In this document: piece by piece, positions 10,334 to 20,134 of the stretch
Layout of the letters: each line of letters begins with the position of its first letter
Position numbering within the stretch: position 1 is the stretch's first letter
DNA from: Burkholderiales bacterium
GTDB lineage: Bacteria > Pseudomonadota > Gammaproteobacteria > Burkholderiales > JACQAP01
Assembly: GCA_046155535.1 (NCBI GenBank)
Contig: JBJXFN010000131.1
Location: 6,699-70,698 of the forward strand
Direction of reading: 5' to 3'
DNA: 64,000 bases
Made by a program: the position numbers and the translations under genes
Notes under the pieces: generated by a model
What the model was told of the DNA's origin: nothing
The model's input: only the letters and a program-made list of their open reading frames with translations
Databases searched by the model: none

Positions 10334-10450
10334 TTGCAGGACGATGAGCGGAATCGACGCCAGCGCCGTGCTACCTATCGCACAGCGCTGATTCTGGTGT
10401 CGATTGCCGTGGCGTCTTTCCTGGGATTTTTCTGGAAATACTGGAAATGA
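10334..10450 (+). CDS. small basic single-TM peptide, candidate cytochrome oxidase small assembly protein (38 codons, below the ORF-track cutoff)
   Basis: Manual translation gives LQDDERNRRQRRATYRTALILVSIAVASFLGFFWKYWK. The TTG start immediately follows the ctaD TGA in the same frame. The stop overlaps the ctaG ATG (ATGA). The shape is an Arg-rich N-terminus plus one TM helix. Confidence 0.5.
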   Translation: MQDDERNRRQRRATYRTALILVSIAVASFLGFFWKYWK

Positions 10451-11016
10451 ACCAAGCGGCCGAGAACCGGACGGTTATGTTGAAATTGCTGGTGCTGACG
10501 CTGGTGATGTTTGGATTCGGATATGCGTTGGTACCGCTTTACAAGAAGATTTGCGAAGTCACGGGGGTCAACCTTCTGGGCCGGCCGAGTGCTTCGCCAG
10601 CCAATACACAGATTGACACTGGTCGCTGGCTGACCCTGGAATTTGATGCCAATCTGCGCAGCGATCTGCCTTGGCAGTTCCGGCCCCTGCAGACAAGCGT
10701 GAGGGTGCACCCCGGGGAGCTGGTGCAAGTGATGTTCGAGGTGCGCAATAACTCGGACCGAATGATCGCGGGTCAGGCGATTCCTAGTTACGGGCCCCAG
10801 GTCGCCGGGCAGTATGTGCGCAAGCTCGAATGTTTTTGTTTTGCGCAACAGCGTTTTGCGCCGGGTGAAGTCCGGCAGATGCCGGTGGTGCTGGCCATTG
10901 AACCCAGCCTGCCGAAGGATGTGAACACGGTAACGCTGTCGTACACGTTTTTCGAGATGGAAGGCGTCCTGCCGGCAGTTGCCGTGCCGCGCCGCGCAGG
11001 CTTGCCGCCGGGCTGA
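10447..11016 (+). CDS. ctaG: cytochrome c oxidase assembly protein CtaG/Cox11
   Basis: 189 aa, N-terminal TM, conserved CFCF copper motif (KLECFCFAQQ). Confidence 0.9.
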   Translation: MNQAAENRTVMLKLLVLTLVMFGFGYALVPLYKKICEVTGVNLLGRPSASPANTQIDTGRWLTLEFDANLRSDLPWQFRPLQTSVRVHPGELVQVMFEVRNNSDRMIAGQAIPSYGPQVAGQYVRKLECFCFAQQRFAPGEVRQMPVVLAIEPSLPKDVNTVTLSYTFFEMEGVLPAVAVPRRAGLPPG

Positions 11017-11019
11017 GGG

Positions 11020-11214
11020 ATGCTGAATCGAATGGCCCGGTTGTTCAGGCCGTTCAAGACCGTTTTCTGGTCTTTTTTCGGCGTGCGCAGGCGCGCGGAC
11101 AACGAAGACGATTTTGCCGGCGTGTCGCCGGTGCATGTGGTGATTGCGGGCGTGATGGGCGCGACGTTGTTTGTGGGCGCACTGGTGACGCTGGTAAAGT
11201 TCATCGTCGGCTAA
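11020..11214 (+). CDS. DUF2970-family small membrane protein
   Basis: 64 aa with FWSFFGVRRR and a C-terminal TM helix. Typical position between ctaG and coxC. Confidence 0.65.
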   Translation: MLNRMARLFRPFKTVFWSFFGVRRRADNEDDFAGVSPVHVVIAGVMGATLFVGALVTLVKFIVG

Positions 11215-11261
11215 GGCGGCCGGCGGAAATTGAGTTGCAGAATCTTAGGGAGACGAAAACA

Positions 11262-12113
11262 ATGCTGAGTCAATCCTCGCGCTATTACCTTCCCCAGCCT
11301 TCGCATTGGCCGGTCGTGGGTTCCTGTGCCCTGTTCCTGATGGCGATTGGTGCCGTGCTGTGGATGAACGGAGTGGGTCCCGGTCCGTGGCTGGCGCTGG
11401 CCGGATTGGCCATACTGGTTTACATGATGTTTGGCTGGTTTGGGGTGGTGGCCCATGAAAGCGAAAGCGGGCAGTTCAACAAACAGGTGGACCTTTCGTT
11501 TCGCTGGGGCATGAGCTGGTTTATTTTCTCCGAAGTCATGTTCTTCGCGGCGTTTTTCGGAACTCTGTTCTACATGCGGGTGCTGTCGGTTCCCTGGTTG
11601 GGCAGTGGGGACACCATGGAACAACTGTGGCCGAATTTTTCCGCCGCGTGGCCGGCTTCCGGCCCATATTTGACCGAGAAATTCTCGCCCATGGGGGCTT
11701 GGGGCATCCCGGCAATCAATACCGCTATTCTGCTATCTTCCGGTGCCACCGTGACATGGGCGCACTGGGGGCTGCTCAAAAACAATCGGACGCAACTCAT
11801 CCTTGGCTTGATCGCGACGATCGCCCTGGGCATAGTGTTTCTTAGCCTGCAGGCTTATGAATACATTCATGCCTACGCGGACCTGAACCTCACACTGGGC
11901 ATGGGGGCATACGGAGCGACATTCTTCATGCTTACCGGTTTCCACGGTTTCCACGTGACGGTCGGCACCATCATGCTGATTGTGATTCTGTTCCGATCCA
12001 TGGCAGGGCATTTCAGCGCCGGGCACCATTTTGGATTCGAGGGGGTCGCCTGGTACTGGCATTTCGTGGACGTGGTGTGGTTGCTGCTGTTCGTGCTGGT
12101 GTACTGGCTCTAG
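11262..12113 (+). CDS. coxC: cytochrome c oxidase subunit III
   Basis: ATG at 11262 preceded by AGGGAG. 7-TM protein with FFMLTGFHGFHV and WYWHFVDVVWL motifs. Confidence 0.92.
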   Translation: MLSQSSRYYLPQPSHWPVVGSCALFLMAIGAVLWMNGVGPGPWLALAGLAILVYMMFGWFGVVAHESESGQFNKQVDLSFRWGMSWFIFSEVMFFAAFFGTLFYMRVLSVPWLGSGDTMEQLWPNFSAAWPASGPYLTEKFSPMGAWGIPAINTAILLSSGATVTWAHWGLLKNNRTQLILGLIATIALGIVFLSLQAYEYIHAYADLNLTLGMGAYGATFFMLTGFHGFHVTVGTIMLIVILFRSMAGHFSAGHHFGFEGVAWYWHFVDVVWLLLFVLVYWL

Positions 12114-12175
12114 TGACACTAGGTTGCGGAGACATCGGTCTCCTGCAACTGCCCCAATCTACAAACGGGGAGACG

Positions 12176-12205
12176 AGCCGCACAAGTCGTTTGTGCGGCT
12201 TTTTT
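12176..12205 (+). terminator. intrinsic terminator after coxC
   Basis: 10-bp stem agccgcacaa/ttgtgcggct with a 5-nt loop, followed by TTTTT. Confidence 0.75.
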
Positions 12206-12215
12206 CCGGGACGCT

Positions 12216-12413
12216 TCAGAGGCCGGAACGCTGAATGAGGCCGAAGTGGTAGCCTGCCATCAGCAAGACGAACAATACAATCGACAGACCAACCCGAAAA
12301 GTGAGTGCCTTCACGGTGCGGTCCGACTGGCCCTTGTCGCGAACCAGATAGAAAAGCGCCGAACCGAGGCTGAATACGATGACGAACAAGATCAGGATGA
12401 CGAGGACTTTCAT
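12216..12413 (-). CDS. twin transmembrane helix small protein (DUF2909-like)
   Basis: 65 aa with two hydrophobic helices separated by RDKGQSDRTVK. Commonly embedded in cox clusters. Confidence 0.65.
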   Translation of the reverse strand: MKVLVILILFVIVFSLGSALFYLVRDKGQSDRTVKALTFRVGLSIVLFVLLMAGYHFGLIQRSGL

Positions 12414-12504
12414 GGGTTCACGCGCTGAAGCGACTGCGGCTCAGTGTAGCCGATAAGGCGGGGTGCGGCCAGCCGCGGTCCTGCAGTAAAGCTGCAAAAA
12501 AGCC

Positions 12505-13239
12505 ATGCCGAATCGACCCCGCTGGGTACTGGTGCTTGCAGCCGTTTTGGGCATCGTGCTAACGGCTTCGGCGGGGGTCTGGCAATTGCGGCGCGCGCAT
12601 TTCAAGGAAACTTTGCAGCAGCAATACGAACGTGCGGTGCTGGCGGCGCCGGTCCGGCTGTCTGGCGAACGGGTGGCGGTCGATGAATTGCTGCACAAGA
12701 AAATCGTGGTGCGTGGCACCTTTGCTCCGCAGGCAATGGTGTTGCTGGACAACCGGATTGTCGAAGGGGTCGCGGGATACGAAGTGGTCATGCCGCTGCG
12801 CATCTCCGGATCGGATGTGCACATTCTGGTCAATCGAGGCTGGCTCCGGGCCGGTGGGCGGCGTGAGCGCCTGCCGGAGATTCGCACGCCAGACACTGTC
12901 GTCGAGGTGATCGGGATGGCGGGCGAGCCGGGCCGCTTTTTCGAACTGGGTCCCACCGACGAGTCGGCGTTGGTATGGCAGAACCTGACCATCGAGCGCT
13001 TTGTTCGCAGCCGAAAAGTTTCAGTTTTGCCAGTAGTGCTGGAGCAGAGCAACGCTTCCGAAGACGGGTTGCGGCGCAAAACCACAGCCACCGACTTCGG
13101 GGTGAGCAAACATGTTGGATACGCGGTGCAGTGGTTTTTATTCTGTGCCTTGATCGTTTTTCTTTTTTTGTTTTTTCATGTCCGAAAAGCCCGATCCGGT
13201 CAAGACACGCAGGACGCTGATACTGCTGGCCGCGGTTAG
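12505..13239 (+). CDS. SURF1-family cytochrome oxidase biogenesis protein
   Basis: 244 aa with N- and C-terminal TM helices, the VNRGW motif and HVGYAVQWF near the C-terminus. Confidence 0.85.
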   Translation: MPNRPRWVLVLAAVLGIVLTASAGVWQLRRAHFKETLQQQYERAVLAAPVRLSGERVAVDELLHKKIVVRGTFAPQAMVLLDNRIVEGVAGYEVVMPLRISGSDVHILVNRGWLRAGGRRERLPEIRTPDTVVEVIGMAGEPGRFFELGPTDESALVWQNLTIERFVRSRKVSVLPVVLEQSNASEDGLRRKTTATDFGVSKHVGYAVQWFLFCALIVFLFLFFHVRKARSGQDTQDADTAGRG

Positions 13240-13789
13240 CCTGCTGCCCTTTGTGGGTGCTGTGCTGCTGTATGTATTCTGGACGCCGCAGTCTGCCACC
13301 AACTATGGCGAGTTGATTGACCCGGTGCCGCTCGCCCCGGTTGCGCTCGCGCAAACCGACGGCCAGGAGTTTCGTTTTGCGAGCTTGCGCGGACAATGGG
13401 CGTTTTTGATGACGGACGCCGGAAAGTGCGACGAACATTGTCGGGCCAAGTTGTATCTGATGCGCCAGATCCGCCTGACCCTCGGCAAGGATCAAGATCG
13501 CCTGGTCCGGGTCTGGATAATTGACGATGGAGTGACTCCCGATCCCGGCGCGCTTGCCGAGTTCTCCGGGACGCGCACGGTGTTGCTTTCCCAGGGCAAC
13601 TTCGCCGGTCAGCTTCCGGCGCGAGGCTCGCCCCGCGATCATGTGTTTCTGGTCGATCCCTTCGGGAATTTGATGATGCGCTTACCCCGCGATGCAGACC
13701 TGTCGAAAGTGAAGAAAGACATGTTGAAGTTGATGAAGATTTCCAGCGGGTGGGTGCAGGTGCCAGGGGCGCAGAAGGCGGTACCATGA
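13178..13789 (+). CDS. membrane-anchored Sco-like (thioredoxin-fold-like) protein of the cox cluster
   Basis: 203 aa with an N-terminal TM. The segment FRFASLRGQWAFLMTDAGKCDEHC parallels the Sco CxxxC region. Overlaps the surf1 tail by 62 nt, and its stop overlaps the ctaA ATG. Confidence 0.55.
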   Translation: MSEKPDPVKTRRTLILLAAVSLLPFVGAVLLYVFWTPQSATNYGELIDPVPLAPVALAQTDGQEFRFASLRGQWAFLMTDAGKCDEHCRAKLYLMRQIRLTLGKDQDRLVRVWIIDDGVTPDPGALAEFSGTRTVLLSQGNFAGQLPARGSPRDHVFLVDPFGNLMMRLPRDADLSKVKKDMLKLMKISSGWVQVPGAQKAVP

Positions 13790-14898
13790 ATCCCGGCGCG
13801 ACGTGGCAATTTTCTCTGGATTCGGTGCATGCGCTGATCTGGGGCGTCGTGCTGATGATCGTGTTGATCGCCTGTGTGCGCGGATGCCGTCCTGCGGCCT
13901 TGGTGTATGTGACGCTGGTCGTGACCCTGTCACTGGTCATGTTGGGCGCCTACGTGAGGCTCTCCGATGCAGGTTTGGGCTGCCCGGATTGGCCCGGTTG
14001 TTACGGGAAAATTTCGCCCTCTCACGCCGCCGAGCAGATTGCCGCAGCCGAAGCCGCAGCGCCTGCGGGACCTGTTTCTCCGCAAAAGGCATGGCGCGAG
14101 ATGCTGCACCGGTATCTGGCCTCTTTGGTGGGAGTGATGATGCTGGCGATTGCGGTCCAGGCTTTTCTGGCCAGACGCGAGCGTGGGCCTTCGATGGACG
14201 ACCCAACGCGACAAATCGGCTTGCCTTTGCTGCTGGTGGGTCTGGTGGCGATTCAGGGACTGCTCGGCAAGTGGACGGTGACCCTGCTGCTGCGACCGGC
14301 AGTGGTGACCCTACATCTCTTGGGCGGCATGGCTCTGGTGGCCGCGCTTTCCTGGCTGGCGGCTCGTCACGCCGGCTTGCAGGGCGGGCAGGCGTCGTTG
14401 TTGCGAGGGGTCCGGCCCTGGGTCCTCGTGGCGGTGGTGCTGCTGGCAATCCAGATTGCACTGGGAGGTTGGGTCAGCACCAATTATGCGGCGCTCGTCT
14501 GCGCGGACTTTCCGACCTGTCACGGTGCTTGGATGCCGGACATGGATATTGCGTCGGGGTTCCACGTCTTGCGCGATCTCGGGCAAACCGCGGACGGAAC
14601 GCCTCTTTCCGGCGAAGCGTTGAACGCCATTCATTGGTTGCATCGCGCGGGCGCCCTCGTGACGGTGGCGGCGATCCTGACCATGTGTTTTCGCGTATCG
14701 CGGGTTCGGGTCCTGCGTCCGTTGGGAAACGCAATTTTGTTCTTGCTGGGATGTCAGATTGCCCTGGGCATTACCAATGTTGTCGCCAGTCTGCCGCTGG
14801 CCGCGGCCGTCGCGCACAACGGGGTAGCCGCCCTGTTGCTGGCGGCAGTGACGATGCTAAACTTCGCCGTCCGTTCGCCTTCCATGGTTTCCAGATAG
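13786..14898 (+). CDS. ctaA: heme A synthase (COX15/CtaA)
   Basis: ATG at 13786 (ATGA overlap). Polytopic membrane protein with the GCPDWPGCYG motif and conserved His residues. Confidence 0.88.
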   Translation: MNPGATWQFSLDSVHALIWGVVLMIVLIACVRGCRPAALVYVTLVVTLSLVMLGAYVRLSDAGLGCPDWPGCYGKISPSHAAEQIAAAEAAAPAGPVSPQKAWREMLHRYLASLVGVMMLAIAVQAFLARRERGPSMDDPTRQIGLPLLLVGLVAIQGLLGKWTVTLLLRPAVVTLHLLGGMALVAALSWLAARHAGLQGGQASLLRGVRPWVLVAVVLLAIQIALGGWVSTNYAALVCADFPTCHGAWMPDMDIASGFHVLRDLGQTADGTPLSGEALNAIHWLHRAGALVTVAAILTMCFRVSRVRVLRPLGNAILFLLGCQIALGITNVVASLPLAAAVAHNGVAALLLAAVTMLNFAVRSPSMVSR

Positions 14899-14922
14899 CA
14901 GGCTCCAAAACAATACCTTCCA

Positions 14923-15831
14923 ATGACCACTTCTGTCCGTTCCGACCTGCCGGCCTCGCGATTGCAGCAGTTCCTGCAACTGACCAAGCCACGTGTGGTG
15001 TCCTTGATTGTATTTACCGCCGTCATCGGCATGTTCCTGGCGGTGCCGGCAGAAAATCTCCTGCTCTCCGGATTCTGGACGGCGGCCCTCTCGGCCACGA
15101 TAGGAATTGCGATGGTGGCCGGTTCGGCGGCCGCGGTGAATTGCCTGGTCGAGCAAAAAATTGATGCCGTGATGGCGCGCACGCGTGCGCGACCCTTGCC
15201 CATGGGAGCGGTGGGTTCTTTCGAGACCTTGTTATTCGCGGGCCTGGTCGGCGGCTTTGGCCTGAGCGTGCTTTATCTGCTGGTGAATCCCCTGACTATG
15301 TGGCTCACGCTCGCGACGTTTGTGGGTTACGCAATCATCTATACCGTAATCCTCAAGCCACTGACCCCGCAGAACATCGTGATCGGCGGCGCCTCGGGTG
15401 CCATGCCCCCGGTGCTGGGCTGGGCTGCCGTGACCGGCGGTATCTCACACGATGCGTTGCTGCTGTTCTTGATTATTTTTGCCTGGACGCCGCCGCACTT
15501 CTGGGCTCTGGCGTTGTATCGTAAGAACGAATATGCCAAGGCCGGGGTGCCGATGCTCCCGGTCACCCACGGAGACCGGTTCACCCGGCTGCACGTGTTG
15601 TTCTATACCGTGATCCTGTTCGCGGTGACAATGTTGCCCTTTGCGTCCCGCATGAGCGGATGGATATACCTGATCAGCGCAGTTCTTCTAGGTAGCGTAT
15701 TTCTGTATTACGCGGTGCGGATCTGGCGTGCCTATACCGACGCGCTGGCAAGAACCACTTTCCGTTATTCCATCGCCTACCTTTCGGCATTGTTTGCCGC
15801 GTTGCTTCTGGACCACTACTGGCGCATTTGA
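14923..15831 (+). CDS. ctaB: protoheme IX farnesyltransferase (heme O synthase)
   Basis: 302-aa UbiA-family prenyltransferase with the motifs [19 protein letters not shown] and [11 protein letters not shown]. Confidence 0.92.
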   Translation: MTTSVRSDLPASRLQQFLQLTKPRVVSLIVFTAVIGMFLAVPAENLLLSGFWTAALSATIGIAMVAGSAAAVNCLVEQKIDAVMARTRARPLPMGAVGSFETLLFAGLVGGFGLSVLYLLVNPLTMWLTLATFVGYAIIYTVILKPLTPQNIVIGGASGAMPPVLGWAAVTGGISHDALLLFLIIFAWTPPHFWALALYRKNEYAKAGVPMLPVTHGDRFTRLHVLFYTVILFAVTMLPFASRMSGWIYLISAVLLGSVFLYYAVRIWRAYTDALARTTFRYSIAYLSALFAALLLDHYWRI

Positions 15832-16433
15832 ACCTCCTTGTGCGAGTCATCAGCCGGTTGGCCGGCATTTTCCTGCTGGGTGCGTTGCTGTTGTCCGGAG
15901 GATGCAAAGGAGGGCAATCGGGGTTTCGGTCCACCGATATCACCGGCGCCGACTTCGGTAAGCAGTTTCTGCTGCACGACCACAACGGCAAACCTCGCAC
16001 GCTGGAAGATTTTCGTGGACGGGTGGTGGTCATGTTCTTCGGATTCACGCATTGCCCGGATGTCTGTCCCACCACCCTCGGCGAACTATCGGCTGCCCTG
16101 CGCAAGCTTGGGGTAGCGGGTGAAAAAGTTCAGGTCTTGCTGGTGAGTGTTGATCCGGAGCGCGACAGCGGCGAGGTGCTCGCCAAGTATGTGACGGCTT
16201 TTCATCCCGACTTTCTGGGCTTACGCGGCAGCGCCGAAGAAACCGCGCGCGTCGCGAAGGAATTCAAGGTGATCTACCAGAAGGTTACCGGCCGCTCCGC
16301 GGGAACCTATTCCATGGATCATTCCGCCGGGACGTTCATTTTTGATACGCAGGGGCGTCTGCGGCTGTATGTGGGTTACGGACCGGGCGCGGAGGTATTC
16401 GCCCACGATATCGGGATTCTGCTGAGATCCTGA
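15828..16433 (+). CDS. SCO-family copper chaperone (lipoprotein)
   Basis: Lipobox LSGGC, CPDVCP copper motif and a downstream His (MDHSA). The TTG start overlaps the ctaB stop. Confidence 0.88.
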   Translation: MNLLVRVISRLAGIFLLGALLLSGGCKGGQSGFRSTDITGADFGKQFLLHDHNGKPRTLEDFRGRVVVMFFGFTHCPDVCPTTLGELSAALRKLGVAGEKVQVLLVSVDPERDSGEVLAKYVTAFHPDFLGLRGSAEETARVAKEFKVIYQKVTGRSAGTYSMDHSAGTFIFDTQGRLRLYVGYGPGAEVFAHDIGILLRS

Positions 16434-16483
16434 TCGCGGGGGTATTACGCCGAAGTTTCAGGGCGGCTCTTTCTGCTCGAAAT

Positions 16484-16509
16484 AAAAAACGCCCCGCATG
16501 GCGGGGCGT
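16484..16509 (-). terminator. intrinsic terminator of rpoH
   Basis: On the minus strand: 9-bp GC-rich stem acgccccgc/gcggggcgt with a 3-nt loop, followed by TTTTTT. Confidence 0.8.
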
Positions 16510-16530
16510 CCGGAAGTTCCTGCGAACGAA

Positions 16531-17391
16531 CTATTGCAGCGGCGCCATCAACGCACGGATTTTCTTCATCGCCTGGTTTTCGATTTGCCGGATGCGCTCG
16601 GCAGAAACGCCAAATTCTTCGGCCAGATCATGCAAGGTGGCGGTGTCCTTGTCGCGCAACCAGCGCGCTTCGATGATGCGCCGGCTACGGGCATCCAGGG
16701 AAGCCAGGGCCGTGATCAAGCTCTCGGTCTGGGCCTGTTCGGTCTGGTTGTGTTCAAGTACCACGCCGGGCTCTGCTTCTTCGCTGCGCAAGTACGTAAT
16801 CGGCGCATAGGCGTCTTCCTCGTCGGTGGCTAGCGGCTCCAAGGCAAGATCATGGCCTCCCATCCGGGTTTCCATTTCCACTACATCCTCCGGCTTGACA
16901 CGGAGTTGTTTCGCCATCGCGTCCACTTCCTCATGGCTTAACGTTCCATGGCTGCGTTTGAGGCTGCGCAGATTGAAAAACAGTTTGCGTTGCGCCTTGG
17001 TGGTGGCCACTTTTACGATGCGCCAGTTTTTGAGGATGAACTCGTGAATTTCCGCGCGGATCCAGTGCATTGCGAACGAAACCAGCCTCACGCCGCGCTC
17101 CGGATCGAAGCGCTTAACGGCTTTCATCAACCCGACATTGCCTTCCTGAATCAGGTCGGCATGGGGAAGGCCGTAGCCAAGATACCCGCGGGCAATTGAA
17201 ACCACTACGCGCAAATGGGAAACCACCAATTGTCGCGCCGCATCGACATCATCGTCATTGCGCAGGCGCCGTGCCAGGTTTGTTTCCTCTTCCTGGGTGA
17301 GCATGGGAAAGCGGCCGACGGCCTGCATATAGGCGTCCAGGCTTCCCGCAACCGAGGGCAGCGGCATGGCAACAGTCAGGGCATGGGACAT
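16531..17391 (-). CDS. rpoH: RNA polymerase sigma-32 heat-shock factor
   Basis: 286 aa with the RpoH box QRKLFFNLR and sigma-70 regions 2 and 4. A strong SD (AAGGAGGT) lies upstream. Located downstream of ftsYEX, as in E. coli. Confidence 0.93.
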   Translation of the reverse strand: MSHALTVAMPLPSVAGSLDAYMQAVGRFPMLTQEEETNLARRLRNDDDVDAARQLVVSHLRVVVSIARGYLGYGLPHADLIQEGNVGLMKAVKRFDPERGVRLVSFAMHWIRAEIHEFILKNWRIVKVATTKAQRKLFFNLRSLKRSHGTLSHEEVDAMAKQLRVKPEDVVEMETRMGGHDLALEPLATDEEDAYAPITYLRSEEAEPGVVLEHNQTEQAQTESLITALASLDARSRRIIEARWLRDKDTATLHDLAEEFGVSAERIRQIENQAMKKIRALMAPLQ

Positions 17392-17476
17392 CAGTCTTAC
17401 CTCCTTGAAACAATGTTAGCACTCGGTGGATGAGAGTGCCAGACCGGTGGTTTAGTTCGCTTTCAAAGAAAACTTT

Positions 17477-18382
17477 TCAGCGCGGGGAAAACTGCCATAA
17501 GTGTCTGCTCACAGACAGCCAAGACCCTATCCAGCCTAGCATCGCCGAAAATGTCAGAAGGTTCACCGTTTCCGAGACGGTCATCGGTTCCAGCCTGAAA
17601 ACGGTCCCGTAAAGAGTCGCTAGGTCGGCCAGTTGACCATTCAAGATGACCAGACCGAAGCTGACAATCAGCCAGGCAGCCAGCCCGCCGGCGAGGCCTT
17701 GCAAGGCACCCAGATAAAGAAATGGGCGCCGGATAAAGGCATGCGTCGCGCCAATGAGTTTGGAAACTTCGATTTCCTCCTGGCGGGTCAGGATTTGCAG
17801 TCGGATGGTATTGAATGTCACGGCGATCAGAGCCACCGACAGCAACGCAGCCAGCAGCGCAGCCAACACCCGTCCGACTCCGAGGGCGGCGTCGAGTTTG
17901 CGCGCCCACTCCGCGTCGACCTGCACGTGTTCGACGTTTGGCCATTGCCGGGTGAGTTCGCGCAAGGAGTCGAGCTCGCGAGGGTCATTGTTGCGAGCGG
18001 TGACAACAAAGGTGTCGGGCAGCGGGTTTTGCCCCAGATCGGCCAGCACGTCAGCGATGCCCGCGCTGCGCTTGAGTTTCTCCAGTGCCGCCTCACGGGA
18101 GATGAATTGCCACTTGCCGACTTGCGCAAGGGTACGCAGCCTTTGTTCGATGACCTGAACATCCTCCAATGTGGCATTACGCAAGAGGAACAGGCTTAAC
18201 TGCGGATCGCTGGAAAGTTGGCGCGACAAGCCCTGCAAATTTTCCAGAGCGAGATACAGCCCTGCAGGCAGCGATAAGGCGATGCCGATCACCAGAATAT
18301 TGAGCAGAGCGGCAATCGGGTGACGCAGCAGTCTGACCAGACTTTCCCGCAAAGTGTCGAAGTGGGAGTAAAGCCAGTTCAC
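17477..18382 (-). CDS. ftsX: cell division ABC transporter permease FtsX
   Basis: 301 aa with four TM segments and a periplasmic loop. Overlaps ftsE by 4 nt. Confidence 0.9.
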   Translation of the reverse strand: MNWLYSHFDTLRESLVRLLRHPIAALLNILVIGIALSLPAGLYLALENLQGLSRQLSSDPQLSLFLLRNATLEDVQVIEQRLRTLAQVGKWQFISREAALEKLKRSAGIADVLADLGQNPLPDTFVVTARNNDPRELDSLRELTRQWPNVEHVQVDAEWARKLDAALGVGRVLAALLAALLSVALIAVTFNTIRLQILTRQEEIEVSKLIGATHAFIRRPFLYLGALQGLAGGLAAWLIVSFGLVILNGQLADLATLYGTVFRLEPMTVSETVNLLTFSAMLGWIGSWLSVSRHLWQFSPR

Positions 18383-19032
18383 TGCAGAAATCTTCCGTGG
18401 TCAAGGTGCAGAATGCGCGGGCCCAGACGTTCAATCATCGCCTGGTCGTGGGTGGCAATCAACACCGTGACGCCCACCTGGTTGAAGGACTTGAACATGC
18501 CGATGATTTCCCCGGCGTAAGCCGCGTCAAGATTCCCGGTAGGTTCGTCGGCCAGTAGAATCGCCGGTCGGTTCACGATTGCTCTGGCGATGCACAATCG
18601 CTGCTGTTCTCCGCCTGACAGCGTCACCGGCATGGTTTTCTCACGGCCCAGTAGCCCGACCTTGTCCAGGGCGGCTCGCACCCGTCGGACAATTTCACCG
18701 CGCGGAAATCCGGTGATCAGCAAGGGCAAGGCCACGTTGTCAAAGGCGTTGCGGTCGAAGAGCAGCTTGTGATTCTGGAAAATCAGCCCGAAATTGCGTC
18801 GCAAAAATGGGATGGCCCCTGGCTTCAGGGAGGACACGTTCTGACCATTGATGATGATGCTGCCCGCGGTCGGTTTCTCGATGGCCGCGATGAGTTTGAG
18901 CAGCGTGCTTTTGCCGGCGCCCGAGTGCCCAGTGACAAAGACCATCTCGCCCGCCGCAATGGAAAACGTCACGTCGCGCAGGGCTTCGTAACCGCCCTGG
19001 TAGCGTTTGGTCACATGGCTGACGGAAATCAT
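18379..19032 (-). CDS. ftsE: cell division ATP-binding protein FtsE
   Basis: ATG at 19032 ([11 protein letters not shown]). Walker [10 protein letters not shown], signature LSGGEQQR, Walker B ILLADEP. Confidence 0.92.
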   Translation of the reverse strand: MISVSHVTKRYQGGYEALRDVTFSIAAGEMVFVTGHSGAGKSTLLKLIAAIEKPTAGSIIINGQNVSSLKPGAIPFLRRNFGLIFQNHKLLFDRNAFDNVALPLLITGFPRGEIVRRVRAALDKVGLLGREKTMPVTLSGGEQQRLCIARAIVNRPAILLADEPTGNLDAAYAGEIIGMFKSFNQVGVTVLIATHDQAMIERLGPRILHLDHGRFLQ

Positions 19033-19057
19033 CTCTGGCAAAACCTCACTGCTGAAT

Positions 19058-20014
19058 TCATTCGAACAGGGCTTCGACGAATTGACCGGCATCGAAAGGA
19101 TGCATGTCCTGCATGCCTTCGCCGACCCCGACAAAACGCAGCGGGATGGGTTTGTATCTAGCGATGGCAGCTACCGCGCCGCCCTTTGCGGTGCCGTCGA
19201 GTTTGGTGAGAATAATGCCGGTGACACCCAGCGCGTCATCGAAAGCCTTGAGCTGGGCAACCGCGTTCTGACCATTGTTGGCATCCAGGACGAGAAGAAC
19301 TTCATGGGGCGCCTCCGGTATTGCCTTGGCAATCACGCGTTTGATCTTGCGAACCTCCTCCATCAGATGTGTTTGGGTGGGCAGGCGGCCGGCGGTATCG
19401 GCGATGACAACGTCAATTTTTCTGGCCTTGGCCGCCTGGATCGCATCGAAAATCACCGCTGCCGCATCGCCATTTTCCTGAGAGATCACTGGCACCTTGT
19501 TGCGCTCGCCCCAGGACTTGAGTTGTTCGCGTGCCGCGGCGCGAAAGGTGTCCCCCGCGGCCAGAATGACGGATTTCCCCAAGGACTGGAAATGACTCGC
19601 CAGCTTGCCGATTGAAGTGGTCTTGCCGGCGCCGTTGACACCCACCATCAAGATCACAAAGGGTTGTACAGGTCCGGTGTGCAGTGGCTGCGCCAGCGGC
19701 GCCAGCATTTCGCGCAACGAATGTTTGAGCACCTCCCGCAGTTGCGTGGCGTCCTGGAGGCCGGCACGTAGTGCACGGGCACGGGTCTCCTGCAAAAGAT
19801 GGCGGCTCGCCTGCACGCCGACGTCGCTGGAAATCAACACCGACTCCAGTTCCTCAAACAAGGCTTCGTCAATCTTGCGCGTTGCACCGAAGACGGCGGC
19901 GAGCCGTGCACCGACCCGTTCCCGGGTCGCCGCAAGACCGTGACGCAACCGGGCCGTCCAGCCCGCGTCGCTCTCGCCGGCATCGTTCTTGTCACGCTTG
20001 AGGAAACTTAACAT
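19058..20014 (-). CDS. ftsY: signal recognition particle receptor FtsY
   Basis: SRP GTPase NG domain: [19 protein letters not shown] motifs. Confidence 0.93.
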   Translation of the reverse strand: MLSFLKRDKNDAGESDAGWTARLRHGLAATRERVGARLAAVFGATRKIDEALFEELESVLISSDVGVQASRHLLQETRARALRAGLQDATQLREVLKHSLREMLAPLAQPLHTGPVQPFVILMVGVNGAGKTTSIGKLASHFQSLGKSVILAAGDTFRAAAREQLKSWGERNKVPVISQENGDAAAVIFDAIQAAKARKIDVVIADTAGRLPTQTHLMEEVRKIKRVIAKAIPEAPHEVLLVLDANNGQNAVAQLKAFDDALGVTGIILTKLDGTAKGGAVAAIARYKPIPLRFVGVGEGMQDMHPFDAGQFVEALFE

Positions 20015-20134
20015 ACACTGGCGTTGTCACAGTCGCGGGCTGCACGCTTGGGCGTGTTGGGCCCGGCGAGTCTCGGGTTGAATATCAAAACAGCCGCAAT
20101 TTTATAACTGTTTGCCTCCATTCCCTTGGTAATC

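Noticed and set aside
17436-17441. TGGCAC on the minus strand upstream of rpoH, considered as a sigma-54 promoter (E. coli rpoH has one).
   Set aside because: The required -12 GC element is missing. The sequence is TGGCAC-tctca-tcca rather than TGGCAC-N5-TTGC.
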